From NCBI GenBank assembly GCA_977020255.1, contig CDROCS010002858.1, positions 1 to 64,000 of the forward strand: a stretch of DNA of 64,000 nucleotides, read 5' to 3'. Shown piece by piece: positions 39,051 to 50,559 of this stretch. The stretch comes from Obrimoposthia wandeli. Taxonomy: Eukaryota. The translations under genes were made by a program, and so were the position numbers. Numbering within the stretch: position 1 is the stretch's first letter; every line of letters starts with the position of its first letter. The notes beneath the pieces were generated by a model that saw only the letters and a program-made list of their open reading frames with translations, was not told where the DNA came from and made no database searches.

Positions 39051-39381
39051 AACGGAATAGTTATTAATATATTTACTATTTATATTTTAGATCAACCTTA
39101 TGCTATTCATAACAATATTTATTGACATTAATCCGCTAGATTTATGCGCTTTTATACGTATATCGCTGCTTTTATGTATATAATCTGCCTAGATATGTTT
39201 TGAGCATTTAAATAGATCGTTTTATTCTATGAAATAGCTTTCTTATGCTCTTAATAGCAAATAAAATCCTTTTAATATTATTGCTTATTTGAGTTGGTCA
39301 TTGATAAAAGAACAAGGCTCGATTTTCTTGCGCTTAAACTTTTATTCTTTAGGCTTACCCTTGAAAGGGTCGCTCATGTAA

Positions 39382-39900
<519 letters not shown>

Positions 39901-40061
39901 CCCATCTTTAATGAAAACTTGGTTCTGTAAGTGCACCTTGTTGTTAGTTTAAAGATGACTCAAGCAAGCATTCAAAGAAGTGCTGCTTAATACCGTAAAT
40001 AGCTACCAGTGACAGTGAAGCTATTATTAAATACTGCAATCCTTGTGAGCTATGAGGCTGA

Positions 40062-40310
<249 letters not shown>

Positions 40311-40354
40311 TCAGATCTGCTTAGTTTGTTGGTAATCACTAACTTTGTTGGTGA

Positions 40355-40873
40355 TTACCTAATATCTTTGCTATCTAACAGCTTATTTAGCTCAAATTGC
40401 GCATCTAGCAATTCACCTATCACATTCCCGTCGACAAGATGATGAGCGTATTGCATATGCAAACAACGCACTTTATCCCATTGCGCTATACCACCAATAC
40501 CATATTTTGTGAACAAATCACTTAAACCACGCTGCTCTATAATTCGTGCATCTTCTTCATACATCTGCGCCGCTCTTTTATCTACATATTGCTGCTGATT
40601 GGCAAAAAACCGCTCTCGCAATAGTGAGTCTTGAGTGATGCGTAATTCAATATCTTTAACCCAGCCTTGTGTTTCTATCGTGCCAATTGCTTTAGACAAG
40701 TCTTTCGAACAAAGCCAATACAACGTAGGAAAGGGTTTTTCATCAACAATGCTGCGCATTTGTAATACGAGAGGCGTCCCGTTTTTTGCTCTAGCTGCAA
40801 TACGTACGATACCTTGGGGCTCTCTGCCAATTTGTGAGCGTATAATGTCTTTATCTAAATCAGTTAATTGCAA
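40355..40873 (-). CDS. DUF501-family protein
   Basis: QIGREP, PFPTLYWL, GIGG...VRCLH..YAHHL. Confidence 0.8.
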   Translation of the reverse strand: MQLTDLDKDIIRSQIGREPQGIVRIAARAKNGTPLVLQMRSIVDEKPFPTLYWLCSKDLSKAIGTIETQGWVKDIELRITQDSLLRERFFANQQQYVDKRAAQMYEEDARIIEQRGLSDLFTKYGIGGIAQWDKVRCLHMQYAHHLVDGNVIGELLDAQFELNKLLDSKDIR

Positions 40874-40898
40874 AATAGTTCTCTTTTAATATCATCGT

Positions 40899-42995
40899 TT
40901 AAACGTGCCCGTATTGCTCGCCACTGCCTAACCAACGCTGTGTAATGGCTTGCACCAAAACAGGGTCAGCACTGACTTGCACGGCCAACAGTTGCACTTG
41001 TTCAAGTAAATCAGTGTCACGCGCCAGATCTGCGATTCGAAATTGCATCTCGCCTGTTTGTTTTGTGCCTAGTACTTCACCTGGGCCTCGTATTTCTAAA
41101 TCTTTTTCTGCTATTTTAAAGCCGTCGTTAGTTGCTCTCATTGTTTGCAAACGTATTTTACCCGTATACGACAGCGGTGCACGATACATTAACACGCAAA
41201 AGCTCTCAATAGAGCCACGCCCAACTCTTCCCCTTAACTGGTGTAATTGCGCTAATCCTAATCGCTCAGGGTTTTCGATGATCATTACACTGGCGTTTGG
41301 AACATCTACTCCTACTTCAATTACTGTAGTCGCTACCAGCAAATCAAGCTGAGCAGGTGTTTCTTCATCGCCTTTAAACTGCTTCATTATCGATGTTTTT
41401 TCTGACGATTTCATACGCCCGTGCATCAAACCTATCTTTAACTCAGGTAATTGTTCTCGTAACAATTCAGCTGTTACTTCAGCGGCTTGGCATTGCAACA
41501 CTTCTGATTCATCAATCAATGTACATACCCAATAAACCTGACGCTTTTCCTTACAAGCAAGACGCACCCGATCTATCACATGATCACGCTTATGATCTCC
41601 TATCACAACCGTTTGCACTGGTGTTCTCCCTGGCGGCAATTCATCAATAACAGAGCAGTCTAAATCAGCATAAGCACTCATTGTTAAGGTTCTAGGAATA
41701 GGCGTTGCCGTCATAATTAACTGATGAGGAGCGCGTTTACCATCTCGTCCTTTTTCTCGAAGACTTAACCTTTGCTGCACGCCAAATCGATGCTGCTCGT
41801 CAATAATAGCCAAACCAAGGTTATAAAACCGTACCTCTTCTTGAAAAAGTGCGTGAGTACCCACTATCATCTGAGTCTCACCATTTGCGAAGCTTTCAAG
41901 TTGAGATACTCTTTTTTTGCCTTTAATTTTGCCCGTAAGCATGCCGACCGTAACACCCAGTGGCGTTAACCAATTTTGAAAGTTTGCATAATGCTGTTCT
42001 GCCAGTATTTCAGTTGGCGCCATAATAGCAGCTTGGTAATTATTCTCGATAGCTTGCATAGCAGCCATTGCTGCAACGACTGTTTTTCCTGAACCCACAT
42101 CACCTTGCACCAACCGTAACATAGGTATTTGTTTTGATAAGTCACTGGCAGCTTCTGCGCAAACTCTTGACTGGGCACCTGTTAATGTAAACGGTAATTG
42201 GGCTAAAAATTGCTCGCACAGCTGAGCTGGAGGGTTTAATTTAAAACCACCTTGTAGCTGCACCAGTTTTCTTATATTTAATAACGTTAAGTGATGTGCA
42301 AGGAGCTCTTCAAGTGCAAGCCTGCGTTGTGCAGGATGCATACCATTAGCCATTGACTCTATATCTGCTTGGGCAGGTGGTGCATGCAAATACCGTAGCG
42401 ATTGCCCCAATTTAGGCAACGCCCACTGATCTCGAATATGTTTGGGTAACAATTCAACCAACTCGCCTTTACTCATCCATTGCAACGCTTGCTGCATTAG
42501 ACTTCTTACTCTGTTTTGCTGCAGCCCCTCGGTCATAGGGTAAACAGGTGTTAGACACTCTTCTACTGCGTGGGTGATCTCTTCATCAACCGCTTTGTAT
42601 TCAGGGTGCGCCATTTCTAACCCATTGGGCCCAGGCCTTACCTCACCAAAACAGCGTAAATACTTACCTTTAGCTAATGTGTTTTTTTGAGCCGCTGAGA
42701 AATGGAAGAATCGTAATGTTATACTGCCTGTGCCATCACTGACCCGGCAAAGTAATGTTTTCTTTTTACCAAATTTAATTTCAGATGTAGACACATGCGC
42801 TTCAATAACCGCTTCATCACCGATACGCAAAGATGCTATTTTTTTAACACTTGTCCTATCTTGATATCGTAACGGCAAATGAAATAATAAATCTTGAAGA
42901 TTATGAATTCCAAGGCGCTCTAGCTTATTCACCATTGCAGCCCCTACTCCCTTCAATACTTTCACACTGGGAATAGCTGTTTGTTTTACTTCCAC
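40899..42995 (-). CDS. recG: ATP-dependent DNA helicase RecG
   Basis: RLVQGDVGSGKT, DEQHRFG, MTATPIPRTL, QLHQLRGRVGRG. Confidence 0.98.
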   Translation of the reverse strand: MEVKQTAIPSVKVLKGVGAAMVNKLERLGIHNLQDLLFHLPLRYQDRTSVKKIASLRIGDEAVIEAHVSTSEIKFGKKKTLLCRVSDGTGSITLRFFHFSAAQKNTLAKGKYLRCFGEVRPGPNGLEMAHPEYKAVDEEITHAVEECLTPVYPMTEGLQQNRVRSLMQQALQWMSKGELVELLPKHIRDQWALPKLGQSLRYLHAPPAQADIESMANGMHPAQRRLALEELLAHHLTLLNIRKLVQLQGGFKLNPPAQLCEQFLAQLPFTLTGAQSRVCAEAASDLSKQIPMLRLVQGDVGSGKTVVAAMAAMQAIENNYQAAIMAPTEILAEQHYANFQNWLTPLGVTVGMLTGKIKGKKRVSQLESFANGETQMIVGTHALFQEEVRFYNLGLAIIDEQHRFGVQQRLSLREKGRDGKRAPHQLIMTATPIPRTLTMSAYADLDCSVIDELPPGRTPVQTVVIGDHKRDHVIDRVRLACKEKRQVYWVCTLIDESEVLQCQAAEVTAELLREQLPELKIGLMHGRMKSSEKTSIMKQFKGDEETPAQLDLLVATTVIEVGVDVPNASVMIIENPERLGLAQLHQLRGRVGRGSIESFCVLMYRAPLSYTGKIRLQTMRATNDGFKIAEKDLEIRGPGEVLGTKQTGEMQFRIADLARDTDLLEQVQLLAVQVSADPVLVQAITQRWLGSGEQYGHV

Positions 42996-42998
42996 TAT

Positions 42999-43922
42999 TT
43001 ACCGCCCTTTTTTACTAAAAAGCTCGCAAGGCCTGCCTACTTCTTTCAGTATTTCTATCAAACAACTAATCGCTTTCGTGCGTGGAAAGCTTGCACGCCA
43101 GGCTAACGCCACTGTTCTGCCTGGAGCGGGTTCATGAAAAGGAGTAGTGATCAAATCATCATACTTATGCACCGTCTGCGCTGCACACTGCGGAATAACA
43201 CTACTACCCAAACCAGAAGCCACCATCATTCTAATTGTCTCTAAGGAGCTTCCTTCCGTCGCCTTATGCTGCAAACTGAGGGCTTGCTGAAGTGACAGGC
43301 AAGAATCTAAAACTTGATCTCGAAAGCAGTGGCCTTCCCCTAATAACAACAATTCAGTATCGACTAGTGATGACGCTGATATTTTTTCCTTGCCACTCCA
43401 CTCATGATCGGGATGCATCAACATATAAAAATCTTCACTATATAATTTACTAGTAACAACATCCGTTTCATCAAATGGCAGCGCTATAATGATGGCATCA
43501 AGCGCACCTGAAAGTAATTTTTCAGTCAATTTTGCAGTAAAGTTCTCCTCAATATAGAGCGACATTTGAGGCGCGCACTCTCGAAGCTTATGCACTAACT
43601 CTGGAAAGATATATGGCCCGATTGTATGAATGGCTCCTACTTTCAAAGGAGAGCTGAGCTGATCTTTATCAGTCAACGCTAACTCTTTAATAACATTGGT
43701 TTGCTGCAATGCAATTCGAGCTTGGGCAACTATTTTCTTTCCTGTATCAGTTGTCGTGACACCATTTTTTCTGCGCTCAAATATCGCGACTTTTAATTCT
43801 TCTTCTAGTTTTTTAATTGCCACCGACAATGTGGGCTGACTAACAAAACATAACTCAGCCGCTCTACCAAAATGTTCTGTCTCTGCAAGTGTTACTATGT
43901 AGCGTAGCTCAGTGAGAGTCAT
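42999..43922 (-). CDS. oxyR: Hydrogen peroxide-inducible genes activator OxyR
   Basis: LysR HTH; LGEGHCFRDQVLDSC (both redox Cys); oxyR-recG order as in Pseudomonas. Confidence 0.93.
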   Translation of the reverse strand: MTLTELRYIVTLAETEHFGRAAELCFVSQPTLSVAIKKLEEELKVAIFERRKNGVTTTDTGKKIVAQARIALQQTNVIKELALTDKDQLSSPLKVGAIHTIGPYIFPELVHKLRECAPQMSLYIEENFTAKLTEKLLSGALDAIIIALPFDETDVVTSKLYSEDFYMLMHPDHEWSGKEKISASSLVDTELLLLGEGHCFRDQVLDSCLSLQQALSLQHKATEGSSLETIRMMVASGLGSSVIPQCAAQTVHKYDDLITTPFHEPAPGRTVALAWRASFPRTKAISCLIEILKEVGRPCELFSKKGR

Positions 43923-43976
43923 ATATAATCCTTATAATCTGCAAAAACTTCTTATCATCTATAGGTTCTTATAAAC

Positions 43977-44825
43977 ATGGATCAACTTCGTATTTTAATT
44001 GCCGGCTGTGGTGATGTAGGGAGCGCGCTTGGAACTGCATTAGCATCAGAACATACTGTTTATGGCTTACGTCGTAGTATACACCATTTACCCAATTCCA
44101 TTATCCCTATCCAAGCCGATTTTAACGACCCGCTCTCTCTAATGAACTTACCAGATATTGATGTTCTTGTTTATTGCGCTGCACCCAATAGACAGATTAA
44201 TGACAGCTATGAAGACACATACATTAATGGCTTTTATCACATCATTAACGCCTTAAAAGAAAAGCCTAAACATGTCTTTTTTACTTCAAGCACCAGTGTA
44301 TATTCACAGTGTAATGACGAATGGATAAACGAGAAGTCCCCAACACTAGCAAACTCAAATAAAGCTCAAATCATGTTAAATGCAGAGCAGCAAGTGTTCA
44401 ATTTAAGCCCCGCAGCCACTGTTATCCGCTTTAGTGGAATATATGGTACCAATAGACTTCACATGCTTAAACAGGCGCGAGCAGGAGAGGTTTATGAGCA
44501 CTCTCCCACCCAATACAGTAACCGAATTCATATAGATGATTGCGCTGGTGCTCTTGCTCACTTAATACACCAGCTGGCAGCAGGTCATAAGCTGGCGCCA
44601 ATCTATCTTGCATCTGATAATACACCTGCGCCGATACATGAAGTTATGTTATGGCTTTTTGAAAGAACGAACCAGGCTAAAAAAAATCTGATTTTAATCA
44701 AAAGTACTAGAAAAACAGGTAGCAAACGCTGCGACAACAGCTTACTACTCAAGAGTGGTTATCGATTTAAACATATCGATTATAAAAGCGGCTATACTAA
44801 GATTATGGCTGATTTAAGTGACTGA
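43977..44825 (+). CDS. NAD(P)-dependent epimerase/dehydratase (atypical SDR, YeeZ-like)
   Basis: AGCGDVG Rossmann motif, SSTSVY, RFSGIYG, NRIHIDD. Confidence 0.85.
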   Translation: MDQLRILIAGCGDVGSALGTALASEHTVYGLRRSIHHLPNSIIPIQADFNDPLSLMNLPDIDVLVYCAAPNRQINDSYEDTYINGFYHIINALKEKPKHVFFTSSTSVYSQCNDEWINEKSPTLANSNKAQIMLNAEQQVFNLSPAATVIRFSGIYGTNRLHMLKQARAGEVYEHSPTQYSNRIHIDDCAGALAHLIHQLAAGHKLAPIYLASDNTPAPIHEVMLWLFERTNQAKKNLILIKSTRKTGSKRCDNSLLLKSGYRFKHIDYKSGYTKIMADLSD

Positions 44826-44895
44826 CCGCTCAGCTAGATTTAAGTCAACCTTTAGATCACTCAATGAACAATTGCCTATAAATTCAACTCACTTG

Positions 44896-44918
44896 CTGAT
44901 AAAATCTATTTATATCAG
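44896..44918. promoter_or_regulatory. Palindrome CTGATA-N11-TATCAG upstream of the small ORF/MerR pair
   Basis: CTGATAAAATCTATTTATATCAG, visible directly in the sequence. Confidence 0.35.
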
Positions 44919-44988
44919 AGTGTAATCGCTGCAAAAAATAACCATTGCAGTAAAGCACATGAAAGTTTAATCAAATTAAGGAAAAATT

Positions 44989-45120
44989 ATGTCTGCACAT
45001 GACGAGAAATTTGAAGACTCATCAGGCTATCTTTGGATCGCTATAACAACCGTTGCCTTTCTTTTCGTAACTATGCCAGCAAGCATCGCTGCTTATGGTT
45101 ACTTACTTAAGTTTTTGTAA
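44989..45120 (+). CDS. Unannotated 43-aa small membrane protein
   Basis: MSAHDEKFEDSSGYLWIAITTVAFLFVTMPASIAAYGYLLKFL; AAGGAA RBS 5 nt upstream of the ATG; stop 2 nt before the next start. Confidence 0.7.
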   Translation: MSAHDEKFEDSSGYLWIAITTVAFLFVTMPASIAAYGYLLKFL

Positions 45121-45122
45121 CA

Positions 45123-45539
45123 TTGCCTAAAGCCCCTGTTGATAAGCTTTACAAAATTGGCGTCATTGCCAAAAAAACAGGGTTTAGTGTGCAAGCCTTA
45201 CGCTACTATCAGCAACGAGGCTTAATTTCCCCAAAACAAGTTCTATCATCTGGTTATCGTTTGTACGACGAAAATGTAATGGTCCGCTTGCAATTTATAC
45301 AACGCTGCCAAGATATTGATTTTACACTTGATGAAATTCTTGAATTACTCGCCTTACAAGACAATCCTGCCAGCAATGCTTTTAGTGTTAAAACAAAAGT
45401 AGATATTAAGATTACTTTGATTAGTAAAAAAATCGAGGCGTTACAAAAATTACAACTCTCTTTGCACCAACTATCTGCTAGTTGCGATGGCAAAGGATCT
45501 GTTGATCAATGTCCTATCATTTCAAAGCTGCGCCATTAA
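45123..45539 (+). CDS. MerR-family metal-responsive regulator, CueR-like
   Basis: IGVIAKKTG..ALRYY, GYRLY; C-terminal C-X8-C (CDGKGSVDQCPII). Confidence 0.85.
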   Translation: MPKAPVDKLYKIGVIAKKTGFSVQALRYYQQRGLISPKQVLSSGYRLYDENVMVRLQFIQRCQDIDFTLDEILELLALQDNPASNAFSVKTKVDIKITLISKKIEALQKLQLSLHQLSASCDGKGSVDQCPIISKLRH

Positions 45540-45566
45540 CTGAACACAGCTTATTCTTCAGCTAAA

Positions 45567-46250
45567 TTAACGTCTCTTCAATGTTTCAACGCCTTGCGCC
45601 GTCCCCATCAGCAAGACATCTGCATTACGCTGCGCAAACAAACCATTTGTTACAACGCCGACTATATTGTTTATTTTTATCTCTAGCCCCTTTGCATCAG
45701 TGATATCTAAATGCTGAACATCCAAGATAACATTGCCGTTATCCGTTATAACTCCTTGACGATAAACAGGTTGAGCATCTAATTTAGCCAACTCACGAGC
45801 CACATAAGAGCGAGCCATCGGGATAACTTCAACAGGCAAAGGGTATTCACCTAAAATATCGACTTGTTTAGTATCATCAACAATACACACAAACTCATCC
45901 GCTACAGCTGCTACAATTTTCTCTCTGGTGAGTGCCGCGCCTCCCCCTTTAATAAGGTTTAAACGAGGGTCGAACTCATCTGCGCCATCAACATAAACGA
46001 CCATACTATTGATATCGTTTAATTCGTATACAGGGATACCCAGTGCAGTTAAACGCTTAGCAGATTCTTCAGAGCTGGCTACTGCGCCATCAAACAAGTG
46101 CTTTATGCTAGCGAGCTCTTCAATGAATAGGTTTGCAGTTGAACCAGTTCCTACTCCGATAACACTTTCTTTATCCAACTTAGGAGTTATATATTCAATC
46201 GCAGCTTTAGCGACTGCCAGTTTCATTTCATCTTGGGTCATTTGCATCAT
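45567..46250 (-). CDS. rpiA: Ribose-5-phosphate isomerase A
   Basis: [25 protein letters not shown]. Confidence 0.97.
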   Translation of the reverse strand: MMQMTQDEMKLAVAKAAIEYITPKLDKESVIGVGTGSTANLFIEELASIKHLFDGAVASSEESAKRLTALGIPVYELNDINSMVVYVDGADEFDPRLNLIKGGGAALTREKIVAAVADEFVCIVDDTKQVDILGEYPLPVEVIPMARSYVARELAKLDAQPVYRQGVITDNGNVILDVQHLDITDAKGLEIKINNIVGVVTNGLFAQRNADVLLMGTAQGVETLKRR

Positions 46251-46493
46251 AGTTAGTCTGGTTAACTCTTAAGTTTAAGGGGTACGTGGAATCTCACTAT
46301 TATATCTGTATAAACTTAGCGCTTACAGTAGAGATTTTCACTTCAGCGCATTACCAATGCTAGCGTATTGCATTAATTATGCCTTAATGCTTACGCACTA
46401 TAGACTGAGCCATGTGTACCTTGTAGCATTAAAGCCTTATAGAGAGGTTTATGCCTCATCTTCACAACCTATTTTAATCGATAAAAACATACT

Positions 46494-48011
46494 ATGCCTA
46501 ATCCTTATATAAAGAAAATCCTTAAAGCTCGGGTTTACGACGCAGCTATAGAAACTCCTCTTGATGAAGCCAAAGTGCTGTCTAAACGCATAGGAAACAA
46601 GGTTCTTCTCAAGCGCGAAGATTTGCAGCCTGTATATTCTTTTAAGTTACGCGGTGCTTATAACAAGATGGCACAGCTAAACGATGCTGAGCGAAGTGTT
46701 GGCGTTATTACTGCTTCAGCAGGCAATCATGCTCAAGGGCTAGCTATGTCTGCTAAGATCATGAACGTTAAAGCTATTATCGTAATGCCTACGATCACCC
46801 CCAGCATTAAGGTTAATAATGTTATAGCACTTGGTGGTGAAGTTATTTTACACGGGGAAAACTTTGACGCAGCAAAACAACACGCAGAAGAGCTTGCTGA
46901 CAAGCACGGCTACACCTATTGCCCACCTTTTGATGACCCCGATGTAATAGCAGGCCAAGGCACCATTGCTATGGAGATTCTCAAGCAGTATAGCGGACAT
47001 ATTGATGCTATTTTCGTTCCTGTTGGCGGTGGCGGTTTAATCGCAGGTATCGCTGTTTATATTAAGTACCTAAGCCCTGAAACAAAAATTATTGGTGTTG
47101 AATCCAGTGAATCTGCTTGTTTAAAAGCGGCATTGGATGCAAACGAACGTGTAATACTACCTCAAGTTGGAGTTTTTGCAGATGGCACTGCTGTTGCTCA
47201 AATAGGAAAGCATACATTTGAAATTGCCAAAGAGTATGTTGACGATGTTATCACCATTGATACTGATGAAATTTGCGCAGCCTTGAAAGACATTTTTGAT
47301 GACACCCGCTCTATCTGCGAGCCTTCAGGTGCACTGGCTGTTGGTGGATTAAAGAAGTACGTTCAACAAAACAATGTTCAGAATCAAACGTTTATCGCCA
47401 TAAATTCTGGCGCAAATATGAACTTTAGCCGTTTGCGTCACATTGCAGAGCGTACTGATCTTGGTGAAAAACGAGAAGCACTACTTGCTGCTCAAATATC
47501 TGAGAAAGCGGGCAGCTTTAGACAGTTTTGTAATGCTCTTGGTAATCGAAATATTACCGAATTCAATTACCGATACAGTGACAAAGAAGTGGCTAACATT
47601 TTTGTAGGTGTCACCGTTGACCCTGACGGAGATCAAAAAAGCTCTCTTATCAATGAACTACAAGCACTCGATATTCCAATTGAAGATTTATCTGATAATG
47701 AAATAGCTAAAATTCATATCCGCTATATGATTGGCGGTCACAACCAGTCTCCTGAGAAAAACGAATTAGTATTTCGCTTTGAGTTCCCGGAAAAGCCAGG
47801 CGCTTTGCTCAAATTTTTAGATACACTAGGTGGTCGCTGGAATATTTCGATGTTTCATTATAGAAATCACGGCTCTGACTTTGGTAGAGTATTGGTCGCT
47901 ATGCAGGCAGAGCATGAAGAAAAAGATCAGATTTTGAGTTTTTTAGATAAAATTGCATATAATTACTGGGAAGAAACTGATAATAAAGCGTTTAAGTTAT
48001 TTCTAGGCTAA
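46494..48011 (+). CDS. ilvA: Threonine ammonia-lyase, biosynthetic
   Basis: KREDLQPVYSFKLRGA (PLP Lys), SAGNHAQG, C-terminal regulatory domain FEFPEKPGAL. Confidence 0.97.
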   Translation: MPNPYIKKILKARVYDAAIETPLDEAKVLSKRIGNKVLLKREDLQPVYSFKLRGAYNKMAQLNDAERSVGVITASAGNHAQGLAMSAKIMNVKAIIVMPTITPSIKVNNVIALGGEVILHGENFDAAKQHAEELADKHGYTYCPPFDDPDVIAGQGTIAMEILKQYSGHIDAIFVPVGGGGLIAGIAVYIKYLSPETKIIGVESSESACLKAALDANERVILPQVGVFADGTAVAQIGKHTFEIAKEYVDDVITIDTDEICAALKDIFDDTRSICEPSGALAVGGLKKYVQQNNVQNQTFIAINSGANMNFSRLRHIAERTDLGEKREALLAAQISEKAGSFRQFCNALGNRNITEFNYRYSDKEVANIFVGVTVDPDGDQKSSLINELQALDIPIEDLSDNEIAKIHIRYMIGGHNQSPEKNELVFRFEFPEKPGALLKFLDTLGGRWNISMFHYRNHGSDFGRVLVAMQAEHEEKDQILSFLDKIAYNYWEETDNKAFKLFLG

Positions 48012-48032
48012 ATCGCTCTAGGTTAGATGTGA

Positions 48033-48060
48033 TAAAACAAGAGAGTGATCTCTTGTTTTA
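48033..48060. terminator. Bidirectional intrinsic terminator
   Basis: TAAAACAAGAGA-GTGA-TCTCTTGTTTTA perfect 12-bp stem between convergent genes. Confidence 0.75.
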
Positions 48061-48135
48061 CTTCTAGGCCCAAGATCACAAGTTATATCTAACACACTAT
48101 AATTGTGCATTGATCAATACAACAACGTCAAAGTC

Positions 48136-48642
48136 TTACTTTTCAGGAACTTCCGCAGAGATATCAAACTTTTCACTAACAAACGCCTTAACTGAAAAAA
48201 TAACCAATGAAACCAGTCCCCAGCTTAACCCTACGACGACCCCCGTATCCAAAATACCTCTCCACGGCATAGGTATATACTCTACTAATTTCACAATAAG
48301 TATAATCGCAACTGTTAAACAAGATATGACTATTATTCTTTTCCGCTCGGCGTCAAAAAAGCCCAAACAAAATAGAGGAGCTAAAATTAAACGCTTAAGA
48401 GTAACGTTTGAACAAAGATAGCGAATTCTAGCAGCCACTCTGGGCGAAAAGCCTTTTTGGAAACCTTTGTAACCTTCAAAGTATGCCATAGAAAAAACCC
48501 AAGTAAGCATTACCAACCACTGAAAATAGCTGAGGTTTTCAAAGTCCAACTGAGCGGTCATATGAAAGAGCTTTAATATCGCGCTACCTAAAAAAAAGCA
48601 AACGCCAAAAAAACCCCATATTGCAGCCATTCTTCCCAACAC
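48136..48642 (-). CDS. Hypothetical 4-TM membrane protein
   Basis: Hydrophobic ORF with the conserved-looking block EGYKGFQKGFSPRVAAR and PWRGILDTGVVVGL; no family assigned. Confidence 0.7.
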   Translation of the reverse strand: MLGRMAAIWGFFGVCFFLGSAILKLFHMTAQLDFENLSYFQWLVMLTWVFSMAYFEGYKGFQKGFSPRVAARIRYLCSNVTLKRLILAPLFCLGFFDAERKRIIVISCLTVAIILIVKLVEYIPMPWRGILDTGVVVGLSWGLVSLVIFSVKAFVSEKFDISAEVPEK

Positions 48643-48951
48643 AAATATTGCACCTAAAAGACGCGAATTATATCAATTGCTACTTTTGTTTGATATATTT
48701 TATACCTAAAAATTTTATTAGCTTTTATTACTGTAAAAACAAGGAGATACAAAGTCTTTAGTGACAAATTAACCTAAAGTTCATCAAAAACAAGCAATTA
48801 ACGCACATGTCTCAGTAGAAAATTTAATAATCTCACCTACAATTAAGGTAGTTGTTAAATCACTGATTAAGTTAAAGCCGCCCCACTTTGTTTAACTTGT
48901 GATTGCTTAATGCATTCTAATGCTATGGATGCAAAATAATAGGATTTCAAG

Positions 48952-50532
48952 ATGAGAGAAAATTTACCAGTCACACAGAGAGAAGTTAAGGTTACGCCAA
49001 CGCAAAACATTCTTTCTACGACACAGCCCGATGGGAAAATAAAATATATAAACCAAGACTTCCTTGATATTAGTGGTTTCACGAAAGAAGAGCTTATTAA
49101 TCAAGATCATAATATTGTTCGCCACCCTGACATGCCGCCAGCAGCCTTCAAAGGCCTATGGGATACAATAAACAGCCATGATTCATGGCTTGGTCTTGTT
49201 AAAAATCGCTGTAAAAATGGCGATCATTATTACGTCTCTGCCTTGGCTAGCCCGATTATAAAAGATGGTAATATTTTTGAAATACAATCTGTAAGAACCA
49301 TGCCTACGCAAGGCGCTGTTGACAGGGCAGATGAGATTTACCCTCAATTGCTAAAAGGAAAAAGCCCGAGCGCTTTAAAAGATTCTCTTTTAACTTTGAC
49401 CAACAAATTTATAGTACTTCAAGTTTTAGCTGTAATCGCAATCGCTCTAGCGCTCTTTTACGGGACGACTCAAATAGCTCTCATTTCAACCGTAATCGTT
49501 GGTTTAGTGAGTATTGCAGCGAGTGTTTTATTGCTGAAACCTTTTCGCGAGCTAGTACAAAAGAGCAAAAAAATCAAAACAGACAACGTTGCCAGGTATA
49601 TTTATACGGGAGGATCTAGCGATGTTTCTCAAATAGACCTAGCTCTCAATTTTCAGTCTGCTGAAGCCTCATCATTAATTGGTCGCATGTCAGATAGTGC
49701 CAAACAACTCAAATCAGGTACTGTTACATTAAGTGAAGTAGTCGAATCTAACGATAAATCTGCTGATACACAATTCTCAATGACTGATCAAGCAGCGGCT
49801 GCCATAGAAGAAATGTCAGCATCCGTACAAGAAGTTGCTAAAAATGCGAGTAGTGCTGCATCTGCCGCTAATGAAAGCTTAAGTATTACCAAGACTAGTC
49901 AGGACAAACTAAACCAAAACAAAGATTCTATCCTAAGGCTATCAACAGAAGTCAGCTCTGCTGCTGCCTTAATAGAGAACCTACGAAAGAACAGCAATGA
50001 CATTACCTCTGTACTAGATGTAATTCGTGGCATTGCAGAGCAAACAAACTTGCTCGCCTTGAACGCCGCTATAGAAGCAGCCAGAGCTGGAGACGCTGGT
50101 CGAGGCTTCTCTGTTGTTGCAGATGAAGTTCGATCTCTTGCTACTCGCACACAAGTATCAACAGAAGAAATACAGAAAATGATTGAAGCGTTGCAAACAG
50201 GCACACAAAATGCTGTAACAAGTATGACTACCAGCCAAAAACAAGCAATAGTGTGTGCAGAAGAAAGCGAGCAAATGGTAGAGCAATTACAAGAGATCAG
50301 TTCATCTGTTGGCAACATAACTGATATGGCAGCGAGAATAGCCGTTGCGGTTGATCAACAGTCATCCGTCGCAACAGAGATTAGCAGCAACTTATTAGAT
50401 ATACGCCAATTAGCCCAAGAGAATCGTGAATCAACAGTAGCTGGTGATGCTTGCCAATCATTTACCGTAATGGCAAACGATATGGATGAATTAGCGACTC
50501 AATTCTGGAGCAAGAAAATGTCTAATGATTAA
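48952..50532 (+). CDS. aer: Aerotaxis receptor Aer-like MCP (FAD PAS)
   Basis: [21 protein letters not shown]...LW...[13 protein letters not shown] hairpin, MCP tip [20 protein letters not shown]. Confidence 0.88.
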   Translation: MRENLPVTQREVKVTPTQNILSTTQPDGKIKYINQDFLDISGFTKEELINQDHNIVRHPDMPPAAFKGLWDTINSHDSWLGLVKNRCKNGDHYYVSALASPIIKDGNIFEIQSVRTMPTQGAVDRADEIYPQLLKGKSPSALKDSLLTLTNKFIVLQVLAVIAIALALFYGTTQIALISTVIVGLVSIAASVLLLKPFRELVQKSKKIKTDNVARYIYTGGSSDVSQIDLALNFQSAEASSLIGRMSDSAKQLKSGTVTLSEVVESNDKSADTQFSMTDQAAAAIEEMSASVQEVAKNASSAASAANESLSITKTSQDKLNQNKDSILRLSTEVSSAAALIENLRKNSNDITSVLDVIRGIAEQTNLLALNAAIEAARAGDAGRGFSVVADEVRSLATRTQVSTEEIQKMIEALQTGTQNAVTSMTTSQKQAIVCAEESEQMVEQLQEISSSVGNITDMAARIAVAVDQQSSVATEISSNLLDIRQLAQENRESTVAGDACQSFTVMANDMDELATQFWSKKMSND

Positions 50533-50559
50533 TTAATCAACAATTAATCGCTCAAGCAA

